From contig OZ241829.1 of the NCBI GenBank assembly GCA_965202585.1, positions 16,740,001 through 16,804,000 on the forward strand: a stretch of DNA of 64,000 nucleotides, read 5' to 3'. Below the pieces are notes generated by a model. That model saw nothing but the letters and a program-made list of their open reading frames with translations. It was not told where the DNA came from and did not search any database. The position numbers and the translations under genes were made by a program. Shown piece after piece: positions 42,501 to 55,072 of this stretch; position 1 is the first letter of the stretch; the number at the start of each line of letters is the position of its first letter. The DNA is from Thalia democratica. Lineage: Eukaryota.

Positions 42501-45490
42501 TAACGTCACGAGTGCGTAAAGATCGGAGAGGTTACTGTAATTGAAATCTTGAGTAAAACATAACTGTAAGCGTTATAAAACTATAAAAAAAATTTTACTC
42601 GCCAAAAACAGTTTGAATAAAACAAAAAATTGTTTCACAAAAACTGTTTCATAGAGCAAAGGTGACGTCATTACTAGTCAACAAAGATTCGGGGAACATT
42701 TTTGTGACGTTTAATGATTGCGTCATAGCTGCACCACTATGCCCCCACATTAGTGTGGATTGCGAGCGGGAATGCAAGAAAAAAAAGGACCCTTATTGTA
42801 CATGGGACGGACATTTGTGTCAGGGTACTACTGTCTACGATATATCAAGAGACCAGGACCTTGATGGAAGCGAGAGATTGATAGAGTGTCCTAGAATAAT
42901 TGGTGGTAAGCTGGTTGCTAGAATATTAAAATGAAGTCTAATGAGCGATTATTTTTGAAAATAAACTATTAAAAAGAAAATAATATTGTAAGAAATTTAA
43001 AGAGATTAAATAAAGCTCAATATAATAGTGATATCTAAAGTGACATAAAAGGTAAAGCAAAGTCAGCAGTATAAATAACATGTAGAATTATTTTAGTGAC
43101 TAATTTTACTTCTTCTTTGATTACATAAAACTAACAAGTTATCAATTAATTGAAAATTTTTTACTTTAGAAATTTCAGAAGAACATAATCAAACCACTCC
43201 GAAGCCAAACACCCCAAAAAATGATTTAATAATATCTCAAGCAGGCAATGAGAGCTTAACAGCAATACTGACTGCTGTAATTGGCTGTTTTATTGGAATT
43301 GTAATGACCAGTTTCGTATTTTTATGTTGTAATCCTTGCCATAAACTGATGAAAAAAAGACAAAGACATTTCTCTTCACGAGTTGGTTTTATTTTTTCTC
43401 AAATAACTAAAGCTCAATAATCTAACTTTTTGTTATAATTTAAACTTTGGAATATATTATTTTTTTTATAAAAAAAAATATTTTTACTATTTCTTAACAG
43501 TCGGAACTAACAAGAAGTAACAGCAAACGTCACAATTCAAATGTGAGTGTTGGTGGAAATCAAAATTCTCTACAAAGGGGAAATTCCTTACAAAGAAACA
43601 AAATCCCAAGCGAACCAAGTTCAAAGTAAGTTTTTAAAACAAATTTGTACAAGTTGAAATAAGAAACAGCTTAGCAAAGTTAGGATTCTGGCAATTCTGC
43701 CATATATCGTGTTCAGTAATCTCAAATAAATAGTTTTTAAAACTTTTAGAAGTATGCTAAAATATTTCCCCAGGTCTTACGTCATCAGCACGCGTCTTAA
43801 CAACAACGAAAGCGTTGTCATGCTGGATGCAACCCAACGACAGGGGAGAAACAACAGCGACTCAAGTGGCGACAAAAGCTTAACACCCATGGCGGAAAAC
43901 GTGTTTAAAGTTCCTGAAGAAACTGAAATACTGAAAGCAAGAAAGGTAAAAAGTATCTATATACTTTTTTCATAATAAACGTGATGTGTTGTTTATAAAA
44001 ATGTTAAATATATAAATGATTATTTATTTAATGTTAGAAAAATAATTTACTCTTTCATCATTGTTAAGTTACGACTTAACAAGGTCTTACTTATAACAAA
44101 ACTCGGTAATTTTTTTCAAGATTTCAACTTCAAGCAAGTCTGGAATGAAAGTTAACCAAATTGCACAAACACCTGTGATAAACGGAAGTATGAATAAGGT
44201 ACTAAAAGTTTGCATATATTTATATTGGAGATTTGAAAATTAGTTAAAACAGTTTCGTTTAGATAATTTTAAGCGAATTAAAGATAATAATTTTTCTTGC
44301 AATTAAATGTAAAAGTAGTTTTTGTGTTAAACTAAGTGTATAAAAATTAAAAAAAAATTTTCAGACTTCTAGGCAACAAACTTTTCAACACCTCATAACA
44401 TCCCCGATGAACCCCAACCACCATCATAAGCTGCAGCGTTCCCATAGCAACCATCACCAAGTTGCCATGTCAACTAGTTTCCACCAGAAAGCCCCAAACA
44501 CCTTGCAACAGATCGGTCGTCAGCAATCGTTTCACCAAAGACCTTCGTTACTAGGCAACCTGGAAGGGAAGGTTTTCAATGGCAACGGTCAGTTGATGAG
44601 GGGACCGATAACGCCAATGACGCAACCGACACAAGTCTTGATGAAGTCATCGGGAAAAGGAATGTCGTACAGTTTGGACAGGAGGCAAGTTAAAAGAATT
44701 CCGCATCAGAACTCGCATCAGAACTTTCAAATTTATAACCACCAAAATAATGGTTTGTAAAGGTTTTAAAAATTATTATCAATGAAATCTTAAAAATGTT
44801 ATACGTTTAAAATGTTTAACTATTTTTAATTGTATGTGATTATTGTTACGATATTATTCATTTAGTTAGACAGAATATTATACAATTAACTTTTTTAACA
44901 GAAAATTTCCAAAGAAAAAGGTACGTTAGTGAAAGCATCAACTCAAAATCAACTCTGATAAACTTTCCAATAGCCGAGGATCCGTACTCCATGCGAATAG
45001 GATCTCTGAAGAAGAAAATGAGTCTCGATCTAAACAGAGCATCTGATCCTGTAAAGAAATTTGTTTTCAAATCGGTTCCCGTTTCAACTCCCATTGACGA
45101 GGAGTCTCCTCTTTTAAGCGAAACTTCCACTCTTATTGATAATGTTTGTTTGTATAAGTTGATTAAAGAAATATAACCTTGATGTTTTTTAGTAGTATAG
45201 TAAAAATTATTTTTATATTTACTCGGTAGAATCTGTTTTATGTTTAAAAATAAATTTCTATTGTTTTAATGTTAGTATCACTTTGTTTTATAATTAGACT
45301 ACAAGAAAGTTTACTTGATACGATGCAATTTTTTTTTGCTGATAATTTTCTTTTTTTTCAGGCACAAAACAAATCTATAAAGTCAATGGATACTGATTCC
45401 GAATCAGAATGTCAGGAAATAAAAGAAGTTCTCAACTCAGTAGGAGAAACGCCACCATCGTCGGGAGAATGTGTAGAAAGTGTAACATAA
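33556..45490 (+). CDS. Sema6: Class-6-like transmembrane semaphorin (signal peptide, Sema domain, PSI, TM, long cytoplasmic tail; no Ig domain), ~1070 aa; 1-nt frameshift in exon 5 as assembled
   Basis: 19 GT-AG exons: 33556-33730, 34825-34939, 35410-35485, 35749-35958, 36622-36740, 36800-36925, 37079-37173, 37288-37517, 37782-37913, 38189-38326, 41340-41540, 42655-42905, 43170-43381, 43501-43625, 43774-43945, 44121-44198, 44365-44752, 44902-45143, 45362-45490. Phases chain except exon 5 (119 nt vs 118 nt in the paralog). Motifs: YSVFIG, VSQVCKND, FVKTRINCS, SAVC, FVKTH, MWLGT, PSI C..ECKKKKDPYCTW, TM AILTAVIGCFIGIVMTSFVFLCC. The class-6 assignment is from architecture and recalled Sema6A similarity; orthology is unresolved. 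Confidence 0.9.
39139..39181 (+). ncRNA. Minimal type-I hammerhead ribozyme (Penelope/retrozyme-type), intronic, sense to semaphorin pre-mRNA
   Basis: GACTTA-CTGATGA-GTCC TAATAA GGAT-GAAA-C CG G-TC-TCAGTC. Intact core, 4-bp stem II, palindromic minimal stem III (AACCGGT), GUC cleavage triplet (after 39175), stem I 5/6 paired. Confidence 0.8.
40195..40640. repeat. Diverged ~232-bp tandem duplication in semaphorin intron 10
   Basis: Shared blocks gc(a/g)aacaaacatta (40211/40444), gttgttgatatgct and gttct..taataaa..agatagg at a constant 232-233 nt offset. Confidence 0.7.
41711..42537. mobile_element. TA-flanked Tc1/mariner-pogo-type MITE, copy B (semaphorin intron 11)
   Basis: TA-cagtaacctctcg ... 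ggagaggttactg-TA; colinear with copies A and C. Confidence 0.9.
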
Positions 45491-45880
45491 AGAGAAAAAT
45501 GTCACTAGAAGGTTACGTAGAAATTGTTGAGCGAAGAGTTGAAATGTCATCTTCTTCAGGAAATTATGTAGAAAAAGAAGCTTGAACAAGAGAAAAAATG
45601 CACGAGACATAAGAAAGGGACAAACAGATGTAAAAAGAAAATATTGATGATCTGCAGTGAAGAGTGTAATTGCCAAGAGCTGACAGTAAAAAAGTAAAAA
45701 AACTTAAACTTGTTCGTTGATGTGAACATAGAATAATTCAACCTTTTCATAACTATTTAAAAATATTTATACTTAAATACTTAGTAAATTTTAAACTATT
45801 TTTTATCTTAGAACGTTTGTTGTTTGTACTTTTAATTGTGTTACTCAATAGGTTTAGTTTTAATTTTTTTAATTTATTTA

Positions 45881-45929
45881 TTTACAAGGCAACAATGTTT
45901 CTCCCCTAAGGGATCTTCAGGCCTGCAAA
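45881..45929 (-). ncRNA. Minimal type-I hammerhead ribozyme, minus-strand copy
   Basis: Minus strand TTTGCAGGC-CTGAAGA-TCCC TTAG GGGA-GAAA-C ATT G-TT-GCCTTGTAAA; the single difference from the plus copy gives a G-U pair in stem I. Confidence 0.65.
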
Positions 45930-46171
45930 ATAAGATAAACATAAAACGATGGACAACTTAAGAAAATACAATAATGCAAAAAATTATAATTGAATTCAAA
46001 TTAAAATTAAAATTAAAAATGTATAGCGCTATTACTAGATAATTAGTTAACAAAATTAAAAGTTTTATAACAATGAAAAAGACTTTTTTTAAAATTTTAA
46101 ATATGACTTATACTTACAATAGATGATTTGTTCTATATAGATTTGGATTTATCTTTTTATGTTTATCTTAT

Positions 46172-46220
46172 TTTACAGGCCTGAAGATCCCTTAGGGGAG
46201 AAACATTGTTGCCTTGTAAA
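46172..46220 (+). ncRNA. Minimal type-I hammerhead ribozyme, plus-strand copy
   Basis: TTTACAGGC-CTGAAGA(46181-46187)-TCCC TTAG GGGA-GAAA(46200-46203)-C ATT G-TT-GCCTTGTAAA. 4-bp stem II, 2-bp stem III, 9-bp stem I with one bulge, GUU site (cut after 46210). Confidence 0.7.
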
Positions 46221-49072
46221 TAAATAAATTAAAAAATTAACTTTGTCTCCAATTATTTAAATTGTCGAGACCTGTTGTGCCTAAGGAATAATCCTTGCAT
46301 ATATTAGGTTTAGTTTTATTTAAAAAAGTTTATTAAAACATGTTTTCTTTTTTGAAAGTTGTCCAAACTTGAACTTTAGTTTAAAAAGTTTTATTATATT
46401 TAATGCCCCTTGTTTTAGGTTTTATTGCTTATACCAACTTTCATATCTTTCATCAGTCTAGTAAACTAATTTATTTCCTTATGTTTATGAGCTACTCAAC
46501 AGTTTTAAATCTGCTGTTTGTATTACTTTTAATTGGATTTGTTTTATTTTTCTTTTTAATGATATTGTTTATACTAGCTGCACTTATTATCTGATTGTAA
46601 ATGTTAACTTAGCAGCTATAAATTTTTACATACAAGTTATTTTTATTGTTGCACTAAAAATACATTACGTGTTTTGTTGATAAAACAAAAACTAAAAATT
46701 ATATGTTCTATAGAAGCTATTTTTTAGAGTTTTGAAACATCAAATTTATTTTTGATTAAACAACTTTATGCATATAATTGTTCAGTGCGTTTTTTTTTTG
46801 TAATTTATAAATCATATGTTTTCCCTTTTTTTACATTGCTGCCAATAAAAGTATTTGGTAAATATTATGATTTTATAAATAGTAATTGTTGTTACTCAAA
46901 AGTAGAGCTTTTAATGTTCAACATTTGTTTCTTGCTTAAACTATTTTAATTTCCTTAAACTTTCTCCAAACCACACCTTAATCTAACTAAAATGCAAAAG
47001 TGTATTAAAAAGCTGTAAAAGATAAAAATAATCATAACCACGTTTGTATCAAATGTACTGTTTATACATCTTTATGCATGAAATGAATTTTGTGGCACTT
47101 TTATTATTTTTGCGCACCATATAAAAATTAGTAATATTTTAAAAATTCACGCTGTAACTAGTTCAAGCAAGTTTAGATTTTAGAAACAATTAGTTTTAAG
47201 TTAAATATTTTTTTTCCTGTTTTACAAATGAGACAATTTTAGACCAAGCAAAAATTTAAAAAACTAGTAAAATTATATCTTTAATTTTCTTTGAACTACT
47301 TATAGTATAGTTAAGATTCAAATAAGTATGTTTTGTTATTCCCTTTATGACAAGAACACTCAGAGTAGGTTGTTAAACGAAACTTTAAATTATGTTTAAT
47401 AATAAGTACAAAAACAGGGATTAAAACTTTTTGTATTTATAAAAACTATGTATCTAAAATATGTGTGATAGCCTAAGCTTAAAACAATTATGAGTATGAT
47501 AAGTATTGTTTAAGTTATCTATATAAAAGTTGTAAAAATTTAAAATTGTACAAATACCAAATAAAAAAGTTCTATCTTGAAAATAAAAATGTGAAGTTAT
47601 CAAATTTTAATTTGTTCTAAATTAATAAAGTAATTAAGCGGTAATTTTTATTTTTATGATTTACTAGACTACTTTTAAATATGAAAAAATGTCGTTTAGA
47701 ACGTACGTTAGTTATTATGATAAGTTGCTTGAATTTTAATAACTGTTAATCTGTTTTTTTTACAATACACTGCATCTTAACTTTATTTAGCTCTAAATTG
47801 CTTAACTTTTTCTATATTTTAATTTTTTTTTCTTATTAAACTTTTTGGTGTAATTGTGCTCATATCAATTTTTTAAAAACAACAAAAAACACTGATAGCA
47901 AATTACAACGTTATATAATTAAAAACTTTGTCCTCTTATAATGTCTAAAAGATTGATCAACGATGTTGTTTAAAACGTTAGCATTTAGTTGAGTTTTTAG
48001 GACAATTTTAAGAAAACTTAAAAAGATTGAAACTCACACTTTAAGCTATTATAAAATACTGGTTGTTGTAAAACTAACATGTAGAACAAAAGTTATTCTC
48101 TTATTATCTATTTATATTAAAATTTACGACTTTAGGGTACTAATTTTGTTGTTTAATGTTTAATGAAAAAAGAAAGTGACTAAAATACACTTAAGAAGTT
48201 ATTTAACAACTTTAATTTATAGTATTTAATGTGATAATAAACATTAGACCTTGGTTACAATTGGTAACAAATGCAAATGCTAACCAAATTATAGAATAAA
48301 TCGGTCACGATAATTCTGAAAAAGTTAATTTTTGCGCTTTAATTCTAAACGACTAAGTTTTCTATACTTCTACAAACTTTAAATTAGTTTTTTTGTTTTT
48401 TGAAAAAAAGTTAAGTAGTGTAGATATGTTTTGTTTATAAAAAGAGTAAAAAAAAAATAGCTAACTGAACATGATCAGGAGAAGAAAGAAAAATAATTAA
48501 ACTTTGTATTATTAGTAAATTGCTTTTAGTTTCATTGAGGTTTCGAAATATAAAAAACATAGTTAACAATAAATTTGATTAAAAAATTTGAGCATTTACA
48601 TGTTTACAACACATAAAACAAGAAAGTAGTATATTTTTCATATCACGAACATTAAAAACCACAAGACTGTACTAACTTTTTGAAAAACATATATATTTGA
48701 TGTATTTAGCATCATGAAATACCAGGTTTAATTCTAAGTTTACTTACTTAAGATATCGCAATAAAATAATAACTAACTTAAAGCCTAAGAAAAGGAATAC
48801 AAACATCAAACATAACACAATTAAGTTTATGTTTAAAAAGTTGTTAATGTTTATAAATTTATTATAGATCTAAACAAAAAAAAATTACGACATCTAAATG
48901 AGAAAAATCAAGCATTTATGTTGTACCCATAATTTTTCAAAAGCTACTTAAAATAAAAACTAAATACTTAATTTATACGACTTTAAACGACACCTAAACT
49001 ACCGCTTAGTTTACACAATAATTCTGATTACAATATATTTACGACGACAATAAAACTATTCAGGGTTAAGTA

Positions 49073-49089
49073 TCGCGTGAGCAGCACTT
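49073..49089 (+). promoter_or_regulatory. CpG-containing motif shared with 23167-23183
   Basis: tcgcgtgagcagcactt; 15/17 identity to the upstream motif of the first semaphorin. Confidence 0.3.
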
Positions 49090-51978
49090 GAACTTTTATT
49101 CTTAAGAAGCCGCGCTTTAAGAAAACAATCTCAGCTTTTTGTTCGTTTGCAGACTCTAAGTTTTTGTTGGGTTGCTAAACTAACAAGATTTAAAATATAT
49201 CAGTAACTTTCAAGTTATTTAAATTTTTATTTATCTATTAGGTTTATTTGTTTTAGTAGTAGAAAAAGCCGTGAAAAGCAAATAAACTATTTTTAGACAT
49301 TAAAACTTCTATAGTTTTTGTAGTTTTAAAAAGTTATTTAACTTGACAACAAAGTTAACACTTTGTGCGCTTTATCACCATGGATTTGTTTAAAAGAACG
49401 AACTATTTTAGCTAAAATTCTATAATAACAACACATTTATATTATTATTATAAATATGTTTTCATGTCATTGAGACTTTAAATAATCATTCTATAAGTCT
49501 AAAGCTATCTATTTAAATCTTATAAAGTTCGTGTTTATAATGAATTTAAAACTATTTTTTGTTTAAATTAATTAGTCATTTTGTTTTTCAGCTTACCATA
49601 AAAAAATACAGATTTTTAAACACGTAATTAAACTGTTGAAATATACAAGCTTAGGTAACAATAAAAACAAAATTCTTATAACACTTGTAGCAACTAGTAT
49701 CGTATTTGTTGTTATGTTTACTATAGAGAATATTTTCATTTGTTTGTATATATAAATTTATTTGATTAATTTTTAACAATTTACAGTTATTGATTGGAAC
49801 ATAATGTAAATAAAAAGCATGTTTTCCTTGTTTTTGTTAATAAATTATTAATATAAAATACATTTAATGAAACAAAACTGTCTAATTTTCATTTAGCTGT
49901 TGATACAGTAATAAATACTTAAATATATTATACTAATGTTTAAATATTATTTCCAAACAATAATTTTATTTTAAATAAAAGTAAAATAAAAATAACTAAT
50001 AGCATTTGTGCTACTTATTGAAAGTTCATCTTTTATGAAAGATAAACAGAAATAAATTAATTAATTTTCAAATATAATCTACATTTTGTTGATTCTTGGA
50101 AGTAACATATCCATTTCTGGCAAGTTGGTATTTTGAACATTGTATAAAAACTATTTAAGTCTGAAAAGTAAACTTTTTTGTTATAATTTACACTATTTTA
50201 GGTGTTTTATAAAGCTAAAGAAAGTTACTGTATAAAAAGATTTATTAATACAAAAGTTATAAATCATGATTTTATTCACTTTACCATCATGAAACTTTTT
50301 TAAATGTTTTAAAAGACTCAAAAAAAAAAAAGTTTTTAAATATCTAAAGATAATATAACATTTAATTAACTCATGGACAAATTGACACAGACTTAAATTA
50401 AGATTGACCACATACGTATTTAAAAATTTATACAAAGATAAGTCACAAAAAAGTACAACTAGCGATGATGTAAGTAAAAGCAAACAAACGCAAAAGCATA
50501 GTAACTTACAGTCATATAAATACTACAAAAGTCATCGAGTGTTCTACACTTATAAGTAGCGCATATTTTATTCTACCTATTTTGTTAAACTATTGTCAAA
50601 TTTTGACAGTTTAAATGTAGTTTTCCGTATTTCTCGTTTTTGAAACTGTTTCTCCTGTAATTATTGGTCGTGTGACAGACTTTTCAAACTTGAAGCAATT
50701 TTTTGTATCATTTCATTTGTTTATTTTTGGTAAGTATTGGTTTCATTTGGCATTGTGGTATTTGAGTTTTGCTGAAAAAAAATATTTGGTGTTTGTTTTT
50801 AACAAATACTTTTATAAATCTTTGTAATTGATTGTTAAAGTTACGTGATTAAGTATTAATATTAAGCTTAAAAAACAACTTTTATTTGTATTTTAAAATT
50901 ATTACTAAACTTGTAACTATTTTTCTTGGATGCAAGTCGAGAACTTCGATTGTTATTCTTTGAATAAACTTGAAGCACACAACAATCTATATTTATTTAA
51001 CTTTGTAAACTATTTAACTTTCTATGATTACACTGTTAATTGCACCTTTACTGATATAAGAAAGTAAACTTAAACTGTTGAAAGTTTTAAAGCAAAAAAG
51101 TTCTACCACTTTTAAGTAATGTTCTGTTTATGTAAAGCTTTTTCTTAAAAATACTTCGAGAAAAATGATGACACCTATTTATAAAAACATGCAATTATAC
51201 CCATTAGAACTTAACTATTGTTGTACTGTCAGAAGTTTTTTATCAAAGTAACAACTGAACGTTTTGTGTCTTTTGTGCAATTAAAACTAATATTGAAGCA
51301 TGGTTATCTTTCAGGTTTCGCATTTTTTATATTAACAAAGTAGTTTTTCTAATATGTTAACACTAGAAAACTTTTTAATCAAATAGTAACTACGTATCAT
51401 TGTTTGAAATTTCTTTAAGACAGTTAGAAAACACAGGTAATTCTCAGAATATGCAATAAAAGTATTATTACTATTACTATAGCAACAAAAAAAAACTTCA
51501 AATTATCTTTTAAAAAATCTACATTTTCAACTTATGACGTCTGTGTTATCCAATATTTACTACGATTTTGTAAATTTATAAAGTTATAATTTTTATTTTC
51601 TTCCACCATATGTTGCTTCGTAATGCTTATAATTTGGTAAACGTTTTAAACAAGCTAATTTAGATTTAATAACCTATTTCATCTAGTAGTTAAAAAAAAC
51701 TCATCTAAAACTTTATAAAAATTTGAAAATAAAAGCTTTCAATGGACCAATTTCAAACAAAATGTAGGTATGGATGCTTTGGTTTTTAACCATATTCTTA
51801 TAGTATATAGTGTTTAATATTTGATTTGTTTTTAAAATATTTTCAATAACATATCTTATTTAATAAACTCTATTCAACTTAAAGTTTTAAAGAATAAGTA
51901 TAATATACTTATTAATTATAATTTCGTTCTCAATAAGTTTCCGTGCTAAAAAATTGAGCATATTAAGTTATTATAGAG

Positions 51979-52210
51979 CAGTGTTTTACAAAGTGAGCCA
52001 CTACAGAATTTTATGGGGTCATAAACAGCGAAGGGACTGAAGGGGTTAGTGAGGCCATAATTTGAAACTTACATTAGATATTCTGGAGTTGATGGTGAAA
52101 TAAAGATCATAGGCGTATTTAGTTGTAGTTTTTATTAAAACATCTTCGGAGGGTGCCATCGCTTTAGTTCTTTAAAGGAGACCTTATGTAAAAAAGTTTT
52201 GGAAATCCTG
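51979..52210. mobile_element. Possible degenerate hAT (Charlie-like) MITE
   Basis: GC-enriched island with ends cagtgttttacaaa ... tttggaaatcctg; no convincing TSD. Confidence 0.35.
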
Positions 52211-54108
52211 CTATCAAAACTCAAAAAAAAAAATGTTGTAAAAATTTTACAATATGTGTTGTAAACACTTTTTTATGTGATTAAAGTAACGTTTGTACTT
52301 TTTATAAGCATGTTGGTTAAAACGCACTTATAATTTTTCTTTAGTTAATTAAAAATTAGATTGCTTATTTCTTTTAAGTTAAGTAATTAAAGTTTATCGT
52401 TGTAAGTATGCAGTAAGCACTCCTGGTTCATTAATCAACCAAACTAAAAAGGAAGAAATTTTCAATTAAAGCTTTAATAGAAGAATTATTTATATTCTTT
52501 AGAGTACACCGTTTAGTTGTTCGTACAACTAAAGTATAAATAAAAAAGTTTTCAAAAATACTATTGATTAATTGTCGAGTATAGTTTTACAAAACTGTAT
52601 GGTAAAACAAATAGTTTCAACAAACAAAAATACTATTTAATTTCATAAAAAAATTTTTTTTAGTGTTTTATCTAAAATTTATCTACTAACTATACAACGA
52701 TATAGTATCAGAGCTTTGCTTTATTAACTTAAAACAAATCTGACAGAAGTTATTGTTAACAAAGATAAAAGTAAGTAATGAATGCGTTTAGTGTATATGC
52801 ATAAATCTTGTAAAGAAGATTTAATTGTTGTTTAATAGCAAAGTTTTCATTTTAAAGAAAACGCCCAAGATTTTAGGACATGTACATTGCTTTTTGAATA
52901 AGTCTAACTCTATAATAACTTGTTAATAAAAGACTAAAAATCATATATTTTACAACATTTGAAGTTTTAAGCAAATTTTAGTCATTAGGACTTTTTTTAA
53001 ATAGCACTTTGCTGTTGTTAAATCATTAATATAGTGAAATAACATATCGAACCAGTTACTTATCTATATCATTTAAATTTATTGCAAAACCGAGGTGTTA
53101 CTTAAAAAAATACAAAAATGCATAAAAGTTCGTAAATAGTAAAAACTTGTAAACCAATCACGTCTAAACGGTTAGTAGAATTGTTCACCGTTTTACATAA
53201 ATAAAATAACTACTTTAAAACTAAACTGTACTAATGATGGTTGAATATTATAAGTAAACTAACAACTCTGAAAACGAGCTAAAAATCAAAATTAAACCAC
53301 TACTTTAACAGTTCATAAATTAACTTACACGACTGTTAACATGTATTATTTCTAAAATGTCATAAGTAAGATATTATCAGATATACTTTATAAATTTTTT
53401 TTCAATTTGCTTTGAGCCATTATGGAATCAAAAGTCTAATATTATTTTTTTAGATGGTGTTCACCGCTTAATTTTATCTTGTAAGTACCTTATTAACATA
53501 TATACATAATTAAACCTTGTTTAATCTTTAATTTGGTGTAAGATAGCTAAGCTAAGTCGTATTTTATGTTTTTTATTAAAACAAATCTGTTATTTTGTAT
53601 ATTGTTAAAAGTAAGTTTGCTTACAATGGTAAGTAAAACACTATTTAGATACCAATAATTTATTTATAACTAAAAAAGCTTGTTACAGCATTACAAGGTG
53701 TTTGATTAAGTATTAACTAGTAAATATAGTAAAATAAACTTAGAAACAATGTAAGAATCGTAAAAAGTAAAAACTTTGTATAAAATAAAAACAAGCTTAA
53801 ATCATGGTTTCATTAAGCTTAATCTCAAAAGATTTTGTAGTATACAGAAACTTTCAAGGCTAAGTAGTATTTCAATTTATAAAAAAATGTACTATATTTT
53901 TACAAAACTTTAAGTTGTCGTTTTAACGGGTATTGTTTTAAAGCTACCGAGACAAAGAAGTTTTATTTGCAAAAAAACATTTAAGGACTAAAGTTGTTTC
54001 GATTTTTCAAGCACTCCATCTGCACGCACATTTATTAGTACTTGAACTATTTTGTTAAAATAATAATTTTCTTTTGAGAGATAAACGTTATAGTATCAGA
54101 AAAGTATA

Positions 54109-55072
54109 CAGTAACCTCTCACTTATTTACGCACATTGTGTCCACAGAAAAAATGCGTAAATATACGAGATGTACCAAATATACTTAATATAATGGCTGT
54201 TTTTGATATTGTTTCTAGTTAAAAGAAGACTGGGGACTCTCTTACTTTTAACAATTTGTTTACTTTATTTATAAATATGAAAACAAAAGATAAAACTATA
54301 CATATATTTAAAAAAAATTTAATTTATACAAAATAATAATACTTGTAGAAAAAATTTACAATTATTTCTACAATATTATAATTAAGCATTTGTTTATAAA
54401 TAAGAAATGGTGTGGTGTCTATATTAAAATTTGTTTCTACAACCTTTTACAAAAGTATGCATTTGGTGCTGTAATGGATTTCTTCTTTTGAACAACGATA
54501 TAGTCAACGCTTTCTGTGCAAAGCAAAAATTTCAGATGAAGAACTTAAACTAAAACAAATGTCGAATGAAATAAAGTGATATGTTTACTAAAATAAAGCA
54601 ATAAAGATTTGTGTAAGTGTAAGCTCTATATTTATTTAGTATCACTGCTACTTTTTGATAAGATGTTTCATTACATTTTTTTAGATATTTATTCATATAT
54701 AGGGCAAAAAAGCTGTATTGTTTGATTTGTTTTAAACTCTCATTATTTCATAATACTTTCATTAGTTAAAACAGTCATATTTCTTAAAGAATTTTAATTT
54801 AATCTCTTATTGTTAACAAAGTGTCTGATAAACCGCGGTATAGCTAAATGTTTATCAATTAGTCAAGGAACATAAGTTTACAAAGTCTAAAGATTTAGAG
54901 AGGTGATTTAGCATTTAAAAACATATTTCAAATTAAAATGTAAAATAAACCTAATTTGTGGAATATTAGAAAAATTAAAATCTTTATTTTCTATAACTTT
55001 CAGAATTCTAAATTGCGTAACTAAACGAGAGTGCGTAACGTCACGAGTACGTAAAGGTACGAGAGGTTACTG
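54109..55072. mobile_element. TA-flanked Tc1/mariner-pogo-type MITE, copy C
   Basis: TA-cagtaacctctc ... cgagaggttactg-TA; colinear with copies A and B. Confidence 0.9.

Larger units (their letters stand above)
45860..46240. mobile_element. Penelope-like/retrozyme remnant: ~88-bp near-perfect inverted repeat (45860-45947, 46153-46240) around a ~200-bp spacer
   Basis: The arms are reverse complements with about 2 differences, each containing a hammerhead core followed by an (AAAT)n A-rich tail pointing outward. No TSD seen. Confidence 0.7.

Noticed and set aside
35718-45130. Minus-strand ORFs 35718-35945, 36999-37190 and 44858-45130
   Set aside because: Antisense shadows of semaphorin exons.
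45479-45490. PDZ-binding motif at the semaphorin C-terminus (ESVT)
   Set aside because: The terminal residue is Thr, not hydrophobic; does not fit class I/II motifs.
46403-46949. Hydrophobic ORFs suggesting small membrane proteins
   Set aside because: Phe/Leu/Ile bias is explained by T-rich low-complexity DNA; no splice or family support.
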